64,000 nucleotides of DNA from Candidatus Bathyarchaeia archaeon (GTDB lineage: Archaea; Thermoproteota; Bathyarchaeia; Bathyarchaeales; Bathycorpusculaceae): assembly GCA_049515895.1 (NCBI GenBank), contig JBEKTQ010000001.1, positions 128,001 through 192,000 on the forward strand, written 5' to 3'. Position numbers and translations under genes: made by a program. Within the stretch, counting starts at the first letter, position 1; every line of letters starts with the position of its first letter. The notes beneath the pieces are model-generated. The model was not told where the DNA came from. It made no database searches and saw only the letters and a program-made list of their open reading frames with translations. Shown in pieces: positions 40,117-50,402 of the stretch.

Positions 40117-40629
40117 TTATTTCTCTGCCTTTTCTTCTGTCTTAAGCCTCTTGGACAGTAGCTTTGCCAGTTCTTCTTCTTCCAGTGCCTGTTTTTCTTC
40201 AAAAGTGTTTTCCGCAGGCATCCAATTGGGGATCGCGACGTCTCTCTGCTTGAAGTACTGTCGTATCGCACGTTTCAAAGCGCCAACGGCGAGTACTCCG
40301 CAATGGAATTTGACGCTGGGTAAGCCGCCGATTTCCTCCGTGACCTTCTTCCAAGTTACGTCTTGCCACGCTTGCTCAAGGCTTAAGCACTTAATCATTT
40401 CCGTGACAATACTGGATGTGGCGATATTTGCGGCGCAGCCGTAGCTTTCGAAGCTTGCCTTCTCTATGATGTCTTTGTCGGTTATTTTTAGGTAGAACGT
40501 TATCATGTCTCCGCAAGCTGGGTTCCCAGCCACTGCCACGACTGTAGCATCATCCATTTTTCCAAGGTTCTTAGGGTTCCTGAATAAATCCATAACTTTA
40601 GGGTTGTAAGGTAAAGGTATACGCGACAT
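40117..40629 (-). CDS. iscU: Fe-S cluster scaffold IscU/NifU-N
   Basis: NPKNLG, GNPACGD, GCAANIA, LPSVKFHC. Confidence 0.93.
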   Translation of the reverse strand: MSRIPLPYNPKVMDLFRNPKNLGKMDDATVVAVAGNPACGDMITFYLKITDKDIIEKASFESYGCAANIATSSIVTEMIKCLSLEQAWQDVTWKKVTEEIGGLPSVKFHCGVLAVGALKRAIRQYFKQRDVAIPNWMPAENTFEEKQALEEEELAKLLSKRLKTEEKAEK

Positions 40630-41853
40630 TTAATCAACTCCTGTTGAGCCAACTATTCCCCGAATACGGTTAACTGATGGAGGCAAGACGCTTAAAACGT
40701 AATCTATATCCTGTTCTGATTGGTAACGTGTGGTTTTCATGAGAATACTGCCATGCGCTTCACTGAACCTGCGTCCGATAGCAACGAGAACATGGCTTGG
40801 CTGAAGCAGTCTTCGACTGCAGGCGCTGCCGCTAGAAACGTAAACACCTTTTAAGCTTAGCTCGATAGTTAATGCTTCGCCCTCAGCTCGCAGAATGCTG
40901 ATGTTAGCATTGTCTGGCGATCGCTTTTCACCTTTGGGACCATTAAAGCGTAGGTCATCGAGTTCTGCGAATATACCGTCAACAAGTCTATCGCGGAGAG
41001 TACGCATCTTTGCGACGTTTGCTTCGAAGTTTTGGGTTGCCAACTCACAAGCTTTAGTAAAGCCGACGATTAAGGGGGTGTTTTCGACTCCTGGCCAAAG
41101 TTTCTGTGTGCCTATTTGCCCTTCAAGAATGCGCTCCATGTTTATTCCATCTCGAAGGTACATTGCTCCCATTCCGCGTGGACCCAAAATTTTGTAGCTG
41201 CTGAATGTTGCTAAGTCAACGTTTAGGTTTTGTACATTAATAGGTATTCTGCCGTAGGCGTCGGAGGCGTCTGTGTGAAAGAGGGTTTCATGGTTTTTGG
41301 CTTTAACAATGTCAACTGCTTCCTTAATCGGTTGCACCGTTCCAATCTCGTTGTTTACGGCTGAAACGCTTACGATAACGGTTTCGTTGTCAACTGCTTC
41401 TTTGAGCTTCTCGAGGTTTATGAAGCCGTCAGTGTTAACTGGAATCTTCTGCATTGTGAATCCGAACTTTTGCATCATTTCAGCAACCTGCAACACATTG
41501 ATTGGTTCAATTTCGGAGATGACAATTTTTTTGCCCATGCTTTTTCGTGCAAAACATGAACCCATTATCGCAAGGTTGTTTGCTTCTGTTTCGCCTGGGG
41601 TGAATGTAATGTCTTCAAGGTTTTTCGCGCCTATTGACTTGCTGATTGTCTGGAAAGAGTTCATTATGACTTCAAAGGCTTCCCAGCCTGGCTTGTGGGT
41701 AAGCGTCGGGTTACCGTAGGCTTTCTTGTTAAAGTAAGGCAACATTTCGTCAATGATTTCTTGAGGAACAATGCTAGAGTTCTCGTTGTCCAAGTAGACC
41801 TCGTGGGTTATGCCTTCATGTAATTTTAGAAGTTCCTTCACGTTTTCAACCAT
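40630..41853 (-). CDS. iscS: IscS/NifS-like class I cysteine desulfurase homolog with a divergent PLP site
   Basis: YGNP, TEANN, NNEIGTVQPI, SSYK, SSGSACS; several PLP-binding residues are substituted. Confidence 0.85.
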   Translation of the reverse strand: MVENVKELLKLHEGITHEVYLDNENSSIVPQEIIDEMLPYFNKKAYGNPTLTHKPGWEAFEVIMNSFQTISKSIGAKNLEDITFTPGETEANNLAIMGSCFARKSMGKKIVISEIEPINVLQVAEMMQKFGFTMQKIPVNTDGFINLEKLKEAVDNETVIVSVSAVNNEIGTVQPIKEAVDIVKAKNHETLFHTDASDAYGRIPINVQNLNVDLATFSSYKILGPRGMGAMYLRDGINMERILEGQIGTQKLWPGVENTPLIVGFTKACELATQNFEANVAKMRTLRDRLVDGIFAELDDLRFNGPKGEKRSPDNANISILRAEGEALTIELSLKGVYVSSGSACSRRLLQPSHVLVAIGRRFSEAHGSILMKTTRYQSEQDIDYVLSVLPPSVNRIRGIVGSTGVD

Positions 41854-41999
41854 ATAATATCCTTCCTGCCAATGGGGATTAGATAACTCGTCATTTTTAA
41901 TATCTTAATCAAATAGAAAAATGTAGCTGAAAATTAACGCGAAACGCCGCTAACACTATTAAACTAGCAAATTCAATATGCTGTTTGAATGGCGAGTTC

Positions 42000-44234
42000 A
42001 TGTTGAAGATTGCTGAGTTGCCTGTTCCAGACCAAGTAAAAGAAATCCTGCAGAACATGGGAATTGTAGAGCTTTTCCCGCCTCAGGAAGACACCATACG
42101 GGCAGGTGTGTTGGAAGGCCAAAATATCGTGTTAGCCAGCCCCACAGCGTCTGGGAAAACGTTGATTGCTGAACTCTGCTCGCTCAAACATGTGTTGGAA
42201 AAAAACGGCAAAGTAGTTTATCTCTCGCCGCTTCGAGCTCTGGCAAGCGAAAAATTCGAAGAATTCAGAAAATACACTTCCATCCGTAAACAGGACGGAA
42301 GAAAAGTTTCTGTTGGCATCAGTACAGGTGACTTTGATACTGCTGACAACTGGCTCGAACGTTACGACATAATCGTCACAACCAACGAGAAGGCTGATTC
42401 TCTTCTGCGGCACCGGGCCAAATGGATGAATGAAATCTCGCTTGTGGTAGCCGACGAAGTTCACCTTCTCAATGATGCAGGGCGTGGTCCCACTCTTGAA
42501 ATTGTTTTGGCCAGGCTGCTGCAGGTTAATCCTGACATTCAAATCTTAGCGCTGAGCGCCACAATAAACAACGTTGACGAAATAGCGGGCTGGTTAAACG
42601 CCAAGTACATTGTCACCGAATGGCGTCCAGTCAGCCTAAAGGAAGGCGTGCTTCTGCATGATGAAATCCAATTCAAGGACGGCGACGCAAAAAGAATTGA
42701 GCGGAAAACACGGTACCCGACAATAAACCTCGTTCTAAACACTCTGAAGACTGGCGGTCAAGCCTTGGTTTTTGCTTCAACACGAAAAAACGCGGTTTCA
42801 GCCGCCAAAACCATTTCTCAGCACACAGGCGAAGTCTTATCCAAACCCATGAAGAGGTCGCTTGAGCATGAGGCTGAAAAAATCCTCTCCGCTGGCGAGC
42901 GAACTCAAATTAGCGACACCTTGGCTGAGCTTGTTCGATGCGGAACTGCTTTTCACCATGCAGGGTTGGCAGGTGCTCACCGCAAGCTCATTGAAGATTC
43001 GTTCAAGGAAGGCAAGATCAAAGTTTTGACGGCAACCCCGACTTTGGCTTTCGGCGTTAATCTCCCAGCAAGGACAGTTATTATTCAAGATTACAGGCGT
43101 TTTGAGCCGGGCTATGGCAACTACCCCATTAGCGTGTTAGAGTACAAGCAGATGGCAGGAAGGGCAGGCCGACCAAAATACGACAAGGTAGGCGAATCCA
43201 TTCTTCTCGCCAAAACTTCGGATGAAGCCGACTACTTGATGGAAGGCTACGTTTTGGCTAAACCAGAGCGGATTTGGTCCAGGCTGGCAGTTGAAAAAAT
43301 CATGCGTGGACATGTGTTGTCAACTGTTGCATCGGATTTTGCTCATACGGAAAACGGGATTTACGAGTTCTTCGGAAAAACATTTTACGCTTACCAGTAC
43401 GACGTTAAATCTATCAAGAGTATTATCGGTAAAATCTTAAAGTATCTCTACGAAGAGGAAATGATCGGCGTAAACGGAGACGAAATCTACGCTACAATGT
43501 TCGGCAAACGAGTAAGTGAACTCTATATCGACCCCTTGTCGGGCGTTGTTATCCGTGAAGCCCTCAAAAACAAGCCCAAGGAACCAACAGATTTTGGTCT
43601 GCTGCATTTGATTTCTCACATGCCTGACATGGGGCCAGTCATGCGGCCCTACGCACGGGAAGTTGACCCGCTTGCGCTTGCTTTAGAGAAGCATCGCGAT
43701 GAACTTTTTATTGATGTACCAAATGAGTGGGAGGACCGTTTTGGCTTTGAAGAGTTTCTTGGCGAAATCAAAACTGCTCTTGTGATGAAGAGTTGGGTTG
43801 AAGAGGTAAGCGAGGAAAACCTGATCCAGCAATTTAACGTGCAGCCAGGCGACCTGTACCGCACGATTGAAAACGCGAAGTGGCTTCTTCACGCAACGGA
43901 CGAACTAGCAGGGTTGTTTGGATACAAAGAGGTTCGCCCCTTAACCAGCGAGTTGGTCGAACGGGTTTCTAAAGGCATAAAGAAAGAACTCCTGCCCCTC
44001 GTTCGGCTCGAGGGCGTCGGCAGAGTCCGCGGACGCATAATGTTCGACGCAGGCTACCGAACCATCGAAGACATAAAACATGCTTCTGTGGAGGAATTAA
44101 CTAATCTGCCGCTGATGGGTCCAAGACTTGCCAAAAAAATTAAGGAACAGGTCGGCGGCTTCGTGAAAAAGGACACTTGGGAAAAACTCAGCAGCGAGCA
44201 GGATTTTAAGCAGCGAGCGCTGTCTGAATTTTAA
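42000..44234 (+). CDS. hel308: Ski2-like DNA helicase Hel308/Hjm
   Basis: PTASGKT, DEVH, LSAT, FHHAGL, QMAGRAGRP, HhH tail and C-terminal QRALSEF PIP-like motif. Confidence 0.95.
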   Translation: MLKIAELPVPDQVKEILQNMGIVELFPPQEDTIRAGVLEGQNIVLASPTASGKTLIAELCSLKHVLEKNGKVVYLSPLRALASEKFEEFRKYTSIRKQDGRKVSVGISTGDFDTADNWLERYDIIVTTNEKADSLLRHRAKWMNEISLVVADEVHLLNDAGRGPTLEIVLARLLQVNPDIQILALSATINNVDEIAGWLNAKYIVTEWRPVSLKEGVLLHDEIQFKDGDAKRIERKTRYPTINLVLNTLKTGGQALVFASTRKNAVSAAKTISQHTGEVLSKPMKRSLEHEAEKILSAGERTQISDTLAELVRCGTAFHHAGLAGAHRKLIEDSFKEGKIKVLTATPTLAFGVNLPARTVIIQDYRRFEPGYGNYPISVLEYKQMAGRAGRPKYDKVGESILLAKTSDEADYLMEGYVLAKPERIWSRLAVEKIMRGHVLSTVASDFAHTENGIYEFFGKTFYAYQYDVKSIKSIIGKILKYLYEEEMIGVNGDEIYATMFGKRVSELYIDPLSGVVIREALKNKPKEPTDFGLLHLISHMPDMGPVMRPYAREVDPLALALEKHRDELFIDVPNEWEDRFGFEEFLGEIKTALVMKSWVEEVSEENLIQQFNVQPGDLYRTIENAKWLLHATDELAGLFGYKEVRPLTSELVERVSKGIKKELLPLVRLEGVGRVRGRIMFDAGYRTIEDIKHASVEELTNLPLMGPRLAKKIKEQVGGFVKKDTWEKLSSEQDFKQRALSEF

Positions 44235-44236
44235 CT

Positions 44237-45571
44237 TTAGCTTTTCGCGAACTTTTCCGCTTGCTCAACTGAAGTGCCCAAGTAGTTTTTCGGGTTCAAT
44301 GCCTCTTCGATTTCCGCTTCTGAAAGTTTCCCGCTTACGAATTTATCTTGCAGCAGGACCCGTTTGAAGTCTTTTTTCTCTGCTGTGCTTTGAATCGCTA
44401 GTTTACGCAGCAACTCATGGGCTTCTTGCCTGTTCACGCCTTTCTTTGTCAACGCCATCATTACCGCTTCGGACATAGCACGACCTTGAGTTAAATTTAG
44501 ATTCTGCAGCATCCGCTGCTGGTCAACTCGCAAGTTCGCGATAACATCACACATCAAGCTAAGAATGTAGTCGAGGAGAATGTTTGATTCTGGAAAAATA
44601 AACCTTTCAGCAGACGACTGCGTTAAGTCTCTTTCATGCCAAGTTACCATGTTCTCCAACGATGGCGCAGTGAGGCTTCGGACGATTCGTGCCAAACCGC
44701 AAATGCGTTCGCATGTTTCTGGGTTCTGCTTGTGAGGCATAGTGGAGCTGCCGACCTGCTTGCTAGCTTCAAACGCCTCTGAAAGCTCGCCGATTTCTGG
44801 TCTCTGCAGTTCGCGGATTTCAGTTGCAAAATTCTCAAGCGAAGAAGCAACCATGGCGTAAATACATACTAGTTCAGCGTACCGGTCTCTTTGGACAATT
44901 TGGGTTGAAATCTCGGCGGGGCGAAGACTTACCTGTTTCATGACCAGGTCCTGAATTTGCTCTGCATGTTCGCCTAACCCAGCTTGGGTGCCGACTGCGC
45001 CGCTTATTTTGCCAATTAAAACCCGCTTTTTGCACTCGTTTAAGCGTTCAATGTGCCTGTTGACTTCGTAGCCCCAAACCGCAAACTTGAAACCCAGAGT
45101 AATCGGCAAAGCATGTTGCCCATGGGTTCTACCAATCATTACTGTTTCTTTGTGCTGACCGGCCTGCATTTGCAGAGTCCCCTTCAAATCCAAAAGCTTC
45201 TTCTCGATAAGAGCCATTGCGTCTTTCAGCTGTAACGCATTGGCCGTGTCAACTACATCGTAGCTTGTTGCTCCCAAATGCACATATGCACCGCTTGACC
45301 CGCAAACCTCGGCGAGCGCTCGGACAAGCGAGGCGACGTCATGCTTTATTTCTTTTTCAATGGCCTTCACGCGGTCGACTTTAACGTATTTTGTGGAAGC
45401 CATTGTTGCGATTTTTTCCGCGTCTTTCTTTGGAATGTTGCCTACTTCAGCGTGTGCTAAAGCTAGAGCGGCTTCGACCTGAAGCAGCTTCTGGATACGG
45501 TTTTCTTCCTGGAAAATTTTCAGCATTTCTGCAGTGCCGTAGCGGCCAGTATCTATCGGTAGGATTGGCAA
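44237..45571 (-). CDS. purB: Adenylosuccinate lyase
   Basis: KHDV, HLGATS, GRTHGQHA, GSSTMPHKQNP, WHERDL. Confidence 0.96.
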   Translation of the reverse strand: MPILPIDTGRYGTAEMLKIFQEENRIQKLLQVEAALALAHAEVGNIPKKDAEKIATMASTKYVKVDRVKAIEKEIKHDVASLVRALAEVCGSSGAYVHLGATSYDVVDTANALQLKDAMALIEKKLLDLKGTLQMQAGQHKETVMIGRTHGQHALPITLGFKFAVWGYEVNRHIERLNECKKRVLIGKISGAVGTQAGLGEHAEQIQDLVMKQVSLRPAEISTQIVQRDRYAELVCIYAMVASSLENFATEIRELQRPEIGELSEAFEASKQVGSSTMPHKQNPETCERICGLARIVRSLTAPSLENMVTWHERDLTQSSAERFIFPESNILLDYILSLMCDVIANLRVDQQRMLQNLNLTQGRAMSEAVMMALTKKGVNRQEAHELLRKLAIQSTAEKKDFKRVLLQDKFVSGKLSEAEIEEALNPKNYLGTSVEQAEKFAKS

Positions 45572-45754
45572 GTTAGTGTTCCCTCAGGTTGAAGGATATG
45601 CCAGATTAAAGATTAATGTTTTGTCAAGTTAAAGAGCTGTTTGATGGGCCTTCCACTTTGTGCCACCGTTCAGATATACAAGAAAGGTGGAATGTGTTCC
45701 CGCCGCTGGCCGTTAATGGTTTGCTCCGAATGGGGGCATCTTGGAGTTGGTTCT

Positions 45755-46489
45755 CTACTTCCACTTTGTCAATATCTCTTCACGTCGGAAGGTAGCTATA
45801 CTGAAGTAGAATAAAGCCAAGTCAACAAATAAAATGGCAACGGAAATAATCAAGAGGTTCTCTGGGTTTAGTGTTATCACGCCTATCTCGCCCGCAAGGT
45901 AAATGACCATGAACGGAATGAACATAATGCCCCCAACCGAGTTGGCAGACCGGACATCACTCACTCTTGATGAGGCGATGATGCTCAATTCTATGCTCAA
46001 TACTGCCGCAATTGGCACAAGCAGAAATATGACCGCGATGCTCCAGCTAGGATATAAAATGTAACCGAGCTCGCTATAGGTTAATCTGTCCATGAGCACC
46101 ATGAAGATTGATAACCCAGACCACGATGCCAAGGCAGGAGGAATGAATGCCGCGATGCTCTTTCCTAGAAGGATCTCCCCGTCAGTCGTAGGCGTAGCAA
46201 GAAGTGGCTCAAGACTCTTTTCAACCTTTTCGCCTACTATGGCATATGAGGCAATCGCGCTGGGAAGCGTAGCTGCTGCAATCACGAAAAAGAAAGCGAA
46301 TGCGTTCAGCAATCCTGGAAGAAAGGCAGCTGGTATTCCTCCAGACTTGCTTTGTGCGTACAAGATGACTAGCGGAAAAAGAACGTCGAGAAGCAGAGGG
46401 AAAAATATAGTTCCAAGGATGATACTTCTCTTTCTCTTGAATATCTTGAGTTCTTTTGTTGCAATAATCCATGATGAGCTCAGGTTCAT
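45755..46489 (-). CDS. ABC-2 type exporter permease
   Basis: About six TM segments and VGEKVEKSLEPLLATP...ILLGK. Confidence 0.9.
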   Translation of the reverse strand: MNLSSSWIIATKELKIFKRKRSIILGTIFFPLLLDVLFPLVILYAQSKSGGIPAAFLPGLLNAFAFFFVIAAATLPSAIASYAIVGEKVEKSLEPLLATPTTDGEILLGKSIAAFIPPALASWSGLSIFMVLMDRLTYSELGYILYPSWSIAVIFLLVPIAAVLSIELSIIASSRVSDVRSANSVGGIMFIPFMVIYLAGEIGVITLNPENLLIISVAILFVDLALFYFSIATFRREEILTKWK

Positions 46490-47407
46490 TCTTGCTCCCT
46501 CACAAGTTTCAAGTAAGCATCTTCAAGACTGCTGGTGGATACAAAAACAGTTTGAATGTTGCCTCCTGCCTCAACGATTGCTCGGATAATGGCGGGGTTT
46601 TCCTTGAATGGATTTGCAAGCTCAATAGTCAGTTTGCTGTCGTCGCGAGATACGTTTCCAAGGGATAGTTTCTTCACAGAATTTAATATTGAATCGTTTA
46701 TTTGCTCTAACTGAATCACAGTTCTTCTAGCACCAACCGAACGCTCAAGTTCTTCGGGGGTGCCAATCGCCATCAGCCTTGTATTGAGTATGCCAATTCT
46801 GTCACAGATTCTTTGTGCCTCATCAAGATTGTGCGTGTTAAGAAAGATTGTCTTCTTCTCTTTTTTCAACTCAAGAATAAATTCCCTCACTGTCTTCGCC
46901 GATTCCGGGGTCCAAGTTTGCTGTCGGCTCATCCATAAACAGAATTTCAGGGTCGTGAATGAGAGACCGCGCGATTGCGAGCTTTTGCTTCATTCCCTTG
47001 GAAAATGTTCCGGCCATCATGTCCCTCTTCTCCCACAGCCCCAGCATTACGAGAAAGCGCTTGATGTTTTCCTTTCTCTTAGATTCTGTGCATTTGTATA
47101 ACTTCCCGTAAAAGTCCAGATTTTCAAACGCTGTTAGACCTTCGTAGAGGCCTACGTTGTCTGGGACTAATCCAATAATTTTCCTTATTTTTAATGCGTC
47201 CTTCTCGTTCCCCACATCGTAATCTGCAACTCTCGCCGCGCCGCTTGTCTTCGAAATCAAGCAGCACAGCATCCTTACTGTCGTCGTCTTTCCAGCACCA
47301 TTGGGTCCGAGGAAACCGAAAATCTCGCCGTCATTAACGTGCAAAGTGAGACTTTCCACGGCAGTGAGGTCGCCAAATTTTCTGGTCAGGTTTTCAGTTT
47401 CAATCAT
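46486..47407 (-). pseudogene. ABC transporter ATP-binding protein interrupted by a 1-nt frameshift
   Basis: GPNGAGKTT, FSKGMKQK, FMDEPTANLD in one frame; the continuation PESAKTVREFIL...NTHNLDEA in another; shift at the C4 run 46907-46910. Confidence 0.88.
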
Positions 47408-47588
47408 TTGTTCTTGCCTGAAGGGCTGTTTCTGGCAATGTTTAGTATCTCCTTCTGAATAACCCCGTATATAAGTCTGAATCTTAAAACGTGCCACACT
47501 TTATCTTTTTACCTGATTTCCAATTAAGTTGGGCAGAAAATTAATATTATACGGTTGCCTATGGACTTTGGAAACGTTGGTATAAATT

Positions 47589-47804
47589 ATGAGTTTTGGA
47601 ACTTCTAAAGCGTTCGGCGGCATTCAGGAAGCGTTCATCTTAGCCTTAATGCTTGTGTCTGTTTTTGCGGTTTTGTACATTAATATGAGTATCATGTTCA
47701 AGGTAAGCATTGTAGCTATTGTGTTCTCAATGATTTTCTTGATGACAATTGCCTCTCAAATTCTGCGGGAACAAAAAGAGACACGCAAGCAACAGCAAGC
47801 CTAA
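47589..47804 (+). CDS. Small membrane protein (2 TM)
   Basis: Two hydrophobic segments and a charged C-terminal tail. Confidence 0.65.
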   Translation: MSFGTSKAFGGIQEAFILALMLVSVFAVLYINMSIMFKVSIVAIVFSMIFLMTIASQILREQKETRKQQQA

Positions 47805-47922
47805 ACTTTTCAAGTTTTTCACTTTCAGTGCCCCCTTCCCTCTGCCCAAATGTCGTTTGGACGATGCTTTAAAAAGGGTTTAACGCCGTAGTGCCGTCCA
47901 TGAACAGGAGTGCAAAAGTGGA

Positions 47923-48642
47923 ATGATGCAGAATTTAATGACGAAGCCTGCCATGGCGCAACCGCTGCTTTCTTTAAACATGCCCAGTGTAGATGAGCTT
48001 TTTCCAGGGTTTGCTCCAGGCGACTTCGCGGTCCTTTACGGGTCACCGTCAGTTATTTCGTTGACTTCTCTACTTTGCATCCGAGCGCAGCTGCCAGCGC
48101 AGCTTGGCGGCTTAGGAAGCAACGTTGTCTTTGTCGACGGCGGAAACACGTTTAGGCTGTACAAAATTGCCCGTTTAGCTCAGCTTCATCAGCTTGACCC
48201 ACGGGAAGTGCTTGGACGCATCTTTATTTCACGAGCATTCACCGCTTACCAGCTGACTTCCCTTATACTTGATAAACTTGAAGAAACCGTGAAAAAATAC
48301 GATGCTAAACTCGTAGTGATTTCCGACATAGCGGGATTCTTCTTAGACAACGACGTCGCTCATGAAGAAGCGCAGAGGATTTACAGCCAAATCGTCAGTT
48401 ACCTTTCAAGCTTTGCTCGAAAACACCGAATAGTCGTTGTTGCAACTTACCTCCCCTTCTCTGACAGCCGAAGAAACACTTTGCTTCAAGAAATAACCTG
48501 CGCCAGAGCAAATACCGTTCTATCTTTCAGCAAAACCACATACACGCGGGAAGTAACCCTGGAGAAACACCCGTCCTTTGTCTTAGGCACCGCTGAGCTT
48601 CCATCCGAAAATTTAACATTAACCGACTTCATGGGTGCTTGA
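47923..48642 (+). CDS. RadA/Rad51-like protein with degenerate Walker A
   Basis: VDELFPGFAPGD, AQLPAQLGGL, VVFVDGGNTF, IFISRAFTAYQL; Walker A position reads YGSPSVISL with no GKT. Confidence 0.85.
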   Translation: MMQNLMTKPAMAQPLLSLNMPSVDELFPGFAPGDFAVLYGSPSVISLTSLLCIRAQLPAQLGGLGSNVVFVDGGNTFRLYKIARLAQLHQLDPREVLGRIFISRAFTAYQLTSLILDKLEETVKKYDAKLVVISDIAGFFLDNDVAHEEAQRIYSQIVSYLSSFARKHRIVVVATYLPFSDSRRNTLLQEITCARANTVLSFSKTTYTREVTLEKHPSFVLGTAELPSENLTLTDFMGA

Positions 48643-48910
48643 CAGCCGCCGGTACAAAACCAAGGTTTCAGGCTTGCAGATTTGGGTGGCGATTAGCTGT
48701 TAAGGCTATTAAACATGTCTTGAGTGGCCGACTCCGGCAGTTTGAGTTCTAACTTTATAACTTGAGAGCACAAAAAATTGTAGAATTCGTTAGACATCTC
48801 CATTCTGGTTCTTGCTTCTTTCGGCTTCATCAGTTTCTCACTTTTTCTTGTGTCCTATTGAGTTTAAGAATTTTATCCTCAAGAACTGTCAGTTTGCTAC
48901 ATAGGCTTTC

Positions 48911-49528
48911 TTGTCGCTTCAGCGTTGGCTTAATTTTGTCAGCGTTCAAATACTGCTTTTGCATATTGGGATGGGAGGCATGGAAATGGCTTCATGGATG
49001 GAGTACTTCGTTTGGACCATGTTCAGGCTAGCGAGGAAGCTGCGGCTAATGAGAATCCTCCGTTTCGGGACTTCAACCCATATGTTTCTAGATTATTTCA
49101 AGGGATTCGAAAAAAATCAGGCTGTGCGCGGCATTTTCGGCGATGCAACAGACGAGGTACTGAAGAACCTGAAAATCCAATTTACCTGGTTCGGGTACAT
49201 GGGCGTCGACGACAACGACGGGCACTTAATGGTTAACAAAACTTACTTGAACAAGGGCGATAAAACCGACATTTATCTGGATGTGGTCCATGAACTGTGC
49301 CATGTTAAGCAGCATCTGGAGGGGAAAGAACTGTTTAAGCTTGGATACGATTACGTGGACAGACCCACTGAAGTAGAAGCTTACCGATACACGGTGAAAG
49401 AGGCTCGGCGGCTGGGACTAAGCGACAAGAGAATTCTCAGTTACTTGCAGACTGAGTGGATGAGCAAAGAAGATTTGGAGCGGCTTGTCAAGAATATAGG
49501 AATCGACCTTAATATTGCCAAGAGTTAG
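48911..49528 (+). CDS. Hypothetical protein with HExxH zinc-metallopeptidase motif (start uncertain)
   Basis: VVHELCHVKQ and downstream EVEAY. Confidence 0.7.
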   Translation: MSLQRWLNFVSVQILLLHIGMGGMEMASWMEYFVWTMFRLARKLRLMRILRFGTSTHMFLDYFKGFEKNQAVRGIFGDATDEVLKNLKIQFTWFGYMGVDDNDGHLMVNKTYLNKGDKTDIYLDVVHELCHVKQHLEGKELFKLGYDYVDRPTEVEAYRYTVKEARRLGLSDKRILSYLQTEWMSKEDLERLVKNIGIDLNIAKS

Positions 49529-49597
49529 CGGAAACAGTAATGGCTTATTAAGGAAAAACTGAAAACCATTCTTCTTTGTGAATGTTTTGAAAAAGGT

Positions 49598-50398
49598 TTA
49601 TTGCGAGAATAGTTTCTCGTAGGGTCTTTTTGAAACTGGTAGTATCTTCTTGAATTTACGCGACATGATTTCTTTTGGGTCAGCTCCGAAGTGGCTGCAG
49701 TACTCTTTGACGAGAGCTTCAATCGTTTTGAGGTCCCGTTTTCCCGCATCCAATGTTTTGGTTCCGTTGACTGGTTCCAGAATTTCGCCGCGTTCATAGA
49801 TGACTCCGCCATGCATTCCTGTTCCGACAAATTTAGCTTTGCATTTTTCGCCTTCTTTGAGGTTCAGTCCGAGAATGACCATTACTCCGCCCGCCATGTA
49901 CTCCGCTAAGAAATCGCCTGCCGTTTGTCCGACGACGATTTGTGGAATTTTGCGTCGGAACTCTTTCATGTGTATGCCGACTCTGTAGCCTACGTAGTCT
50001 CTGACAAAGATTTTTCCTCCCCTCATTGAATTTCCCGTTACGTCTCCAGCGTGTCCATGTATGATGATTTGCCCCTCGTTCATCGTGTTGCCTGAACCAT
50101 CCTGCGCGTTGCCGTGAATCACCAGTTTGGGTCCGTTCATGAATGCGCCGAGGTCGTTTCCCGGGGTTCCGTAAACGTCGATTTGGATGTTTGTGTCAAG
50201 GTCGGTGCCGATGTACCGTTGTCCGCAGACGTTGTGTATCTCTATTCTTTCCACACCTATGCAGATTGCCTGTCTAAGCAGGGCGTTTAACTCCCTGTAG
50301 TAGAGCCCTTCAGCGTTGATTTTTAGCACGCTGTCCTCTTGTTTCGTGTATTGAAGGTATTTTGCGTCGATTTCCACTTTGTTTTTTTGTTCAAGCAT
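49598..50398 (-). CDS. Glutamate synthase GXGXG domain subunit (GltB3)
   Basis: GQRYIG, GTPGNDLGAFMNG, GDFLAEYMAGG, GTGMHGG. Confidence 0.9.
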   Translation of the reverse strand: MLEQKNKVEIDAKYLQYTKQEDSVLKINAEGLYYRELNALLRQAICIGVERIEIHNVCGQRYIGTDLDTNIQIDVYGTPGNDLGAFMNGPKLVIHGNAQDGSGNTMNEGQIIIHGHAGDVTGNSMRGGKIFVRDYVGYRVGIHMKEFRRKIPQIVVGQTAGDFLAEYMAGGVMVILGLNLKEGEKCKAKFVGTGMHGGVIYERGEILEPVNGTKTLDAGKRDLKTIEALVKEYCSHFGADPKEIMSRKFKKILPVSKRPYEKLFSQ

Positions 50399-50402
50399 GT
50401 AT

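Noticed and set aside
45640-45750. Imperfect inverted repeats upstream of purB, possible riboswitch
   Set aside because: Short stems only, no purine or ZTP aptamer core, and they lie upstream of the likely TATA.
48638-48704. 9-bp stem closing a large loop after the RadA-like gene
   Set aside because: A single modest stem overlapping the stop codon; chance or terminator-level signal.
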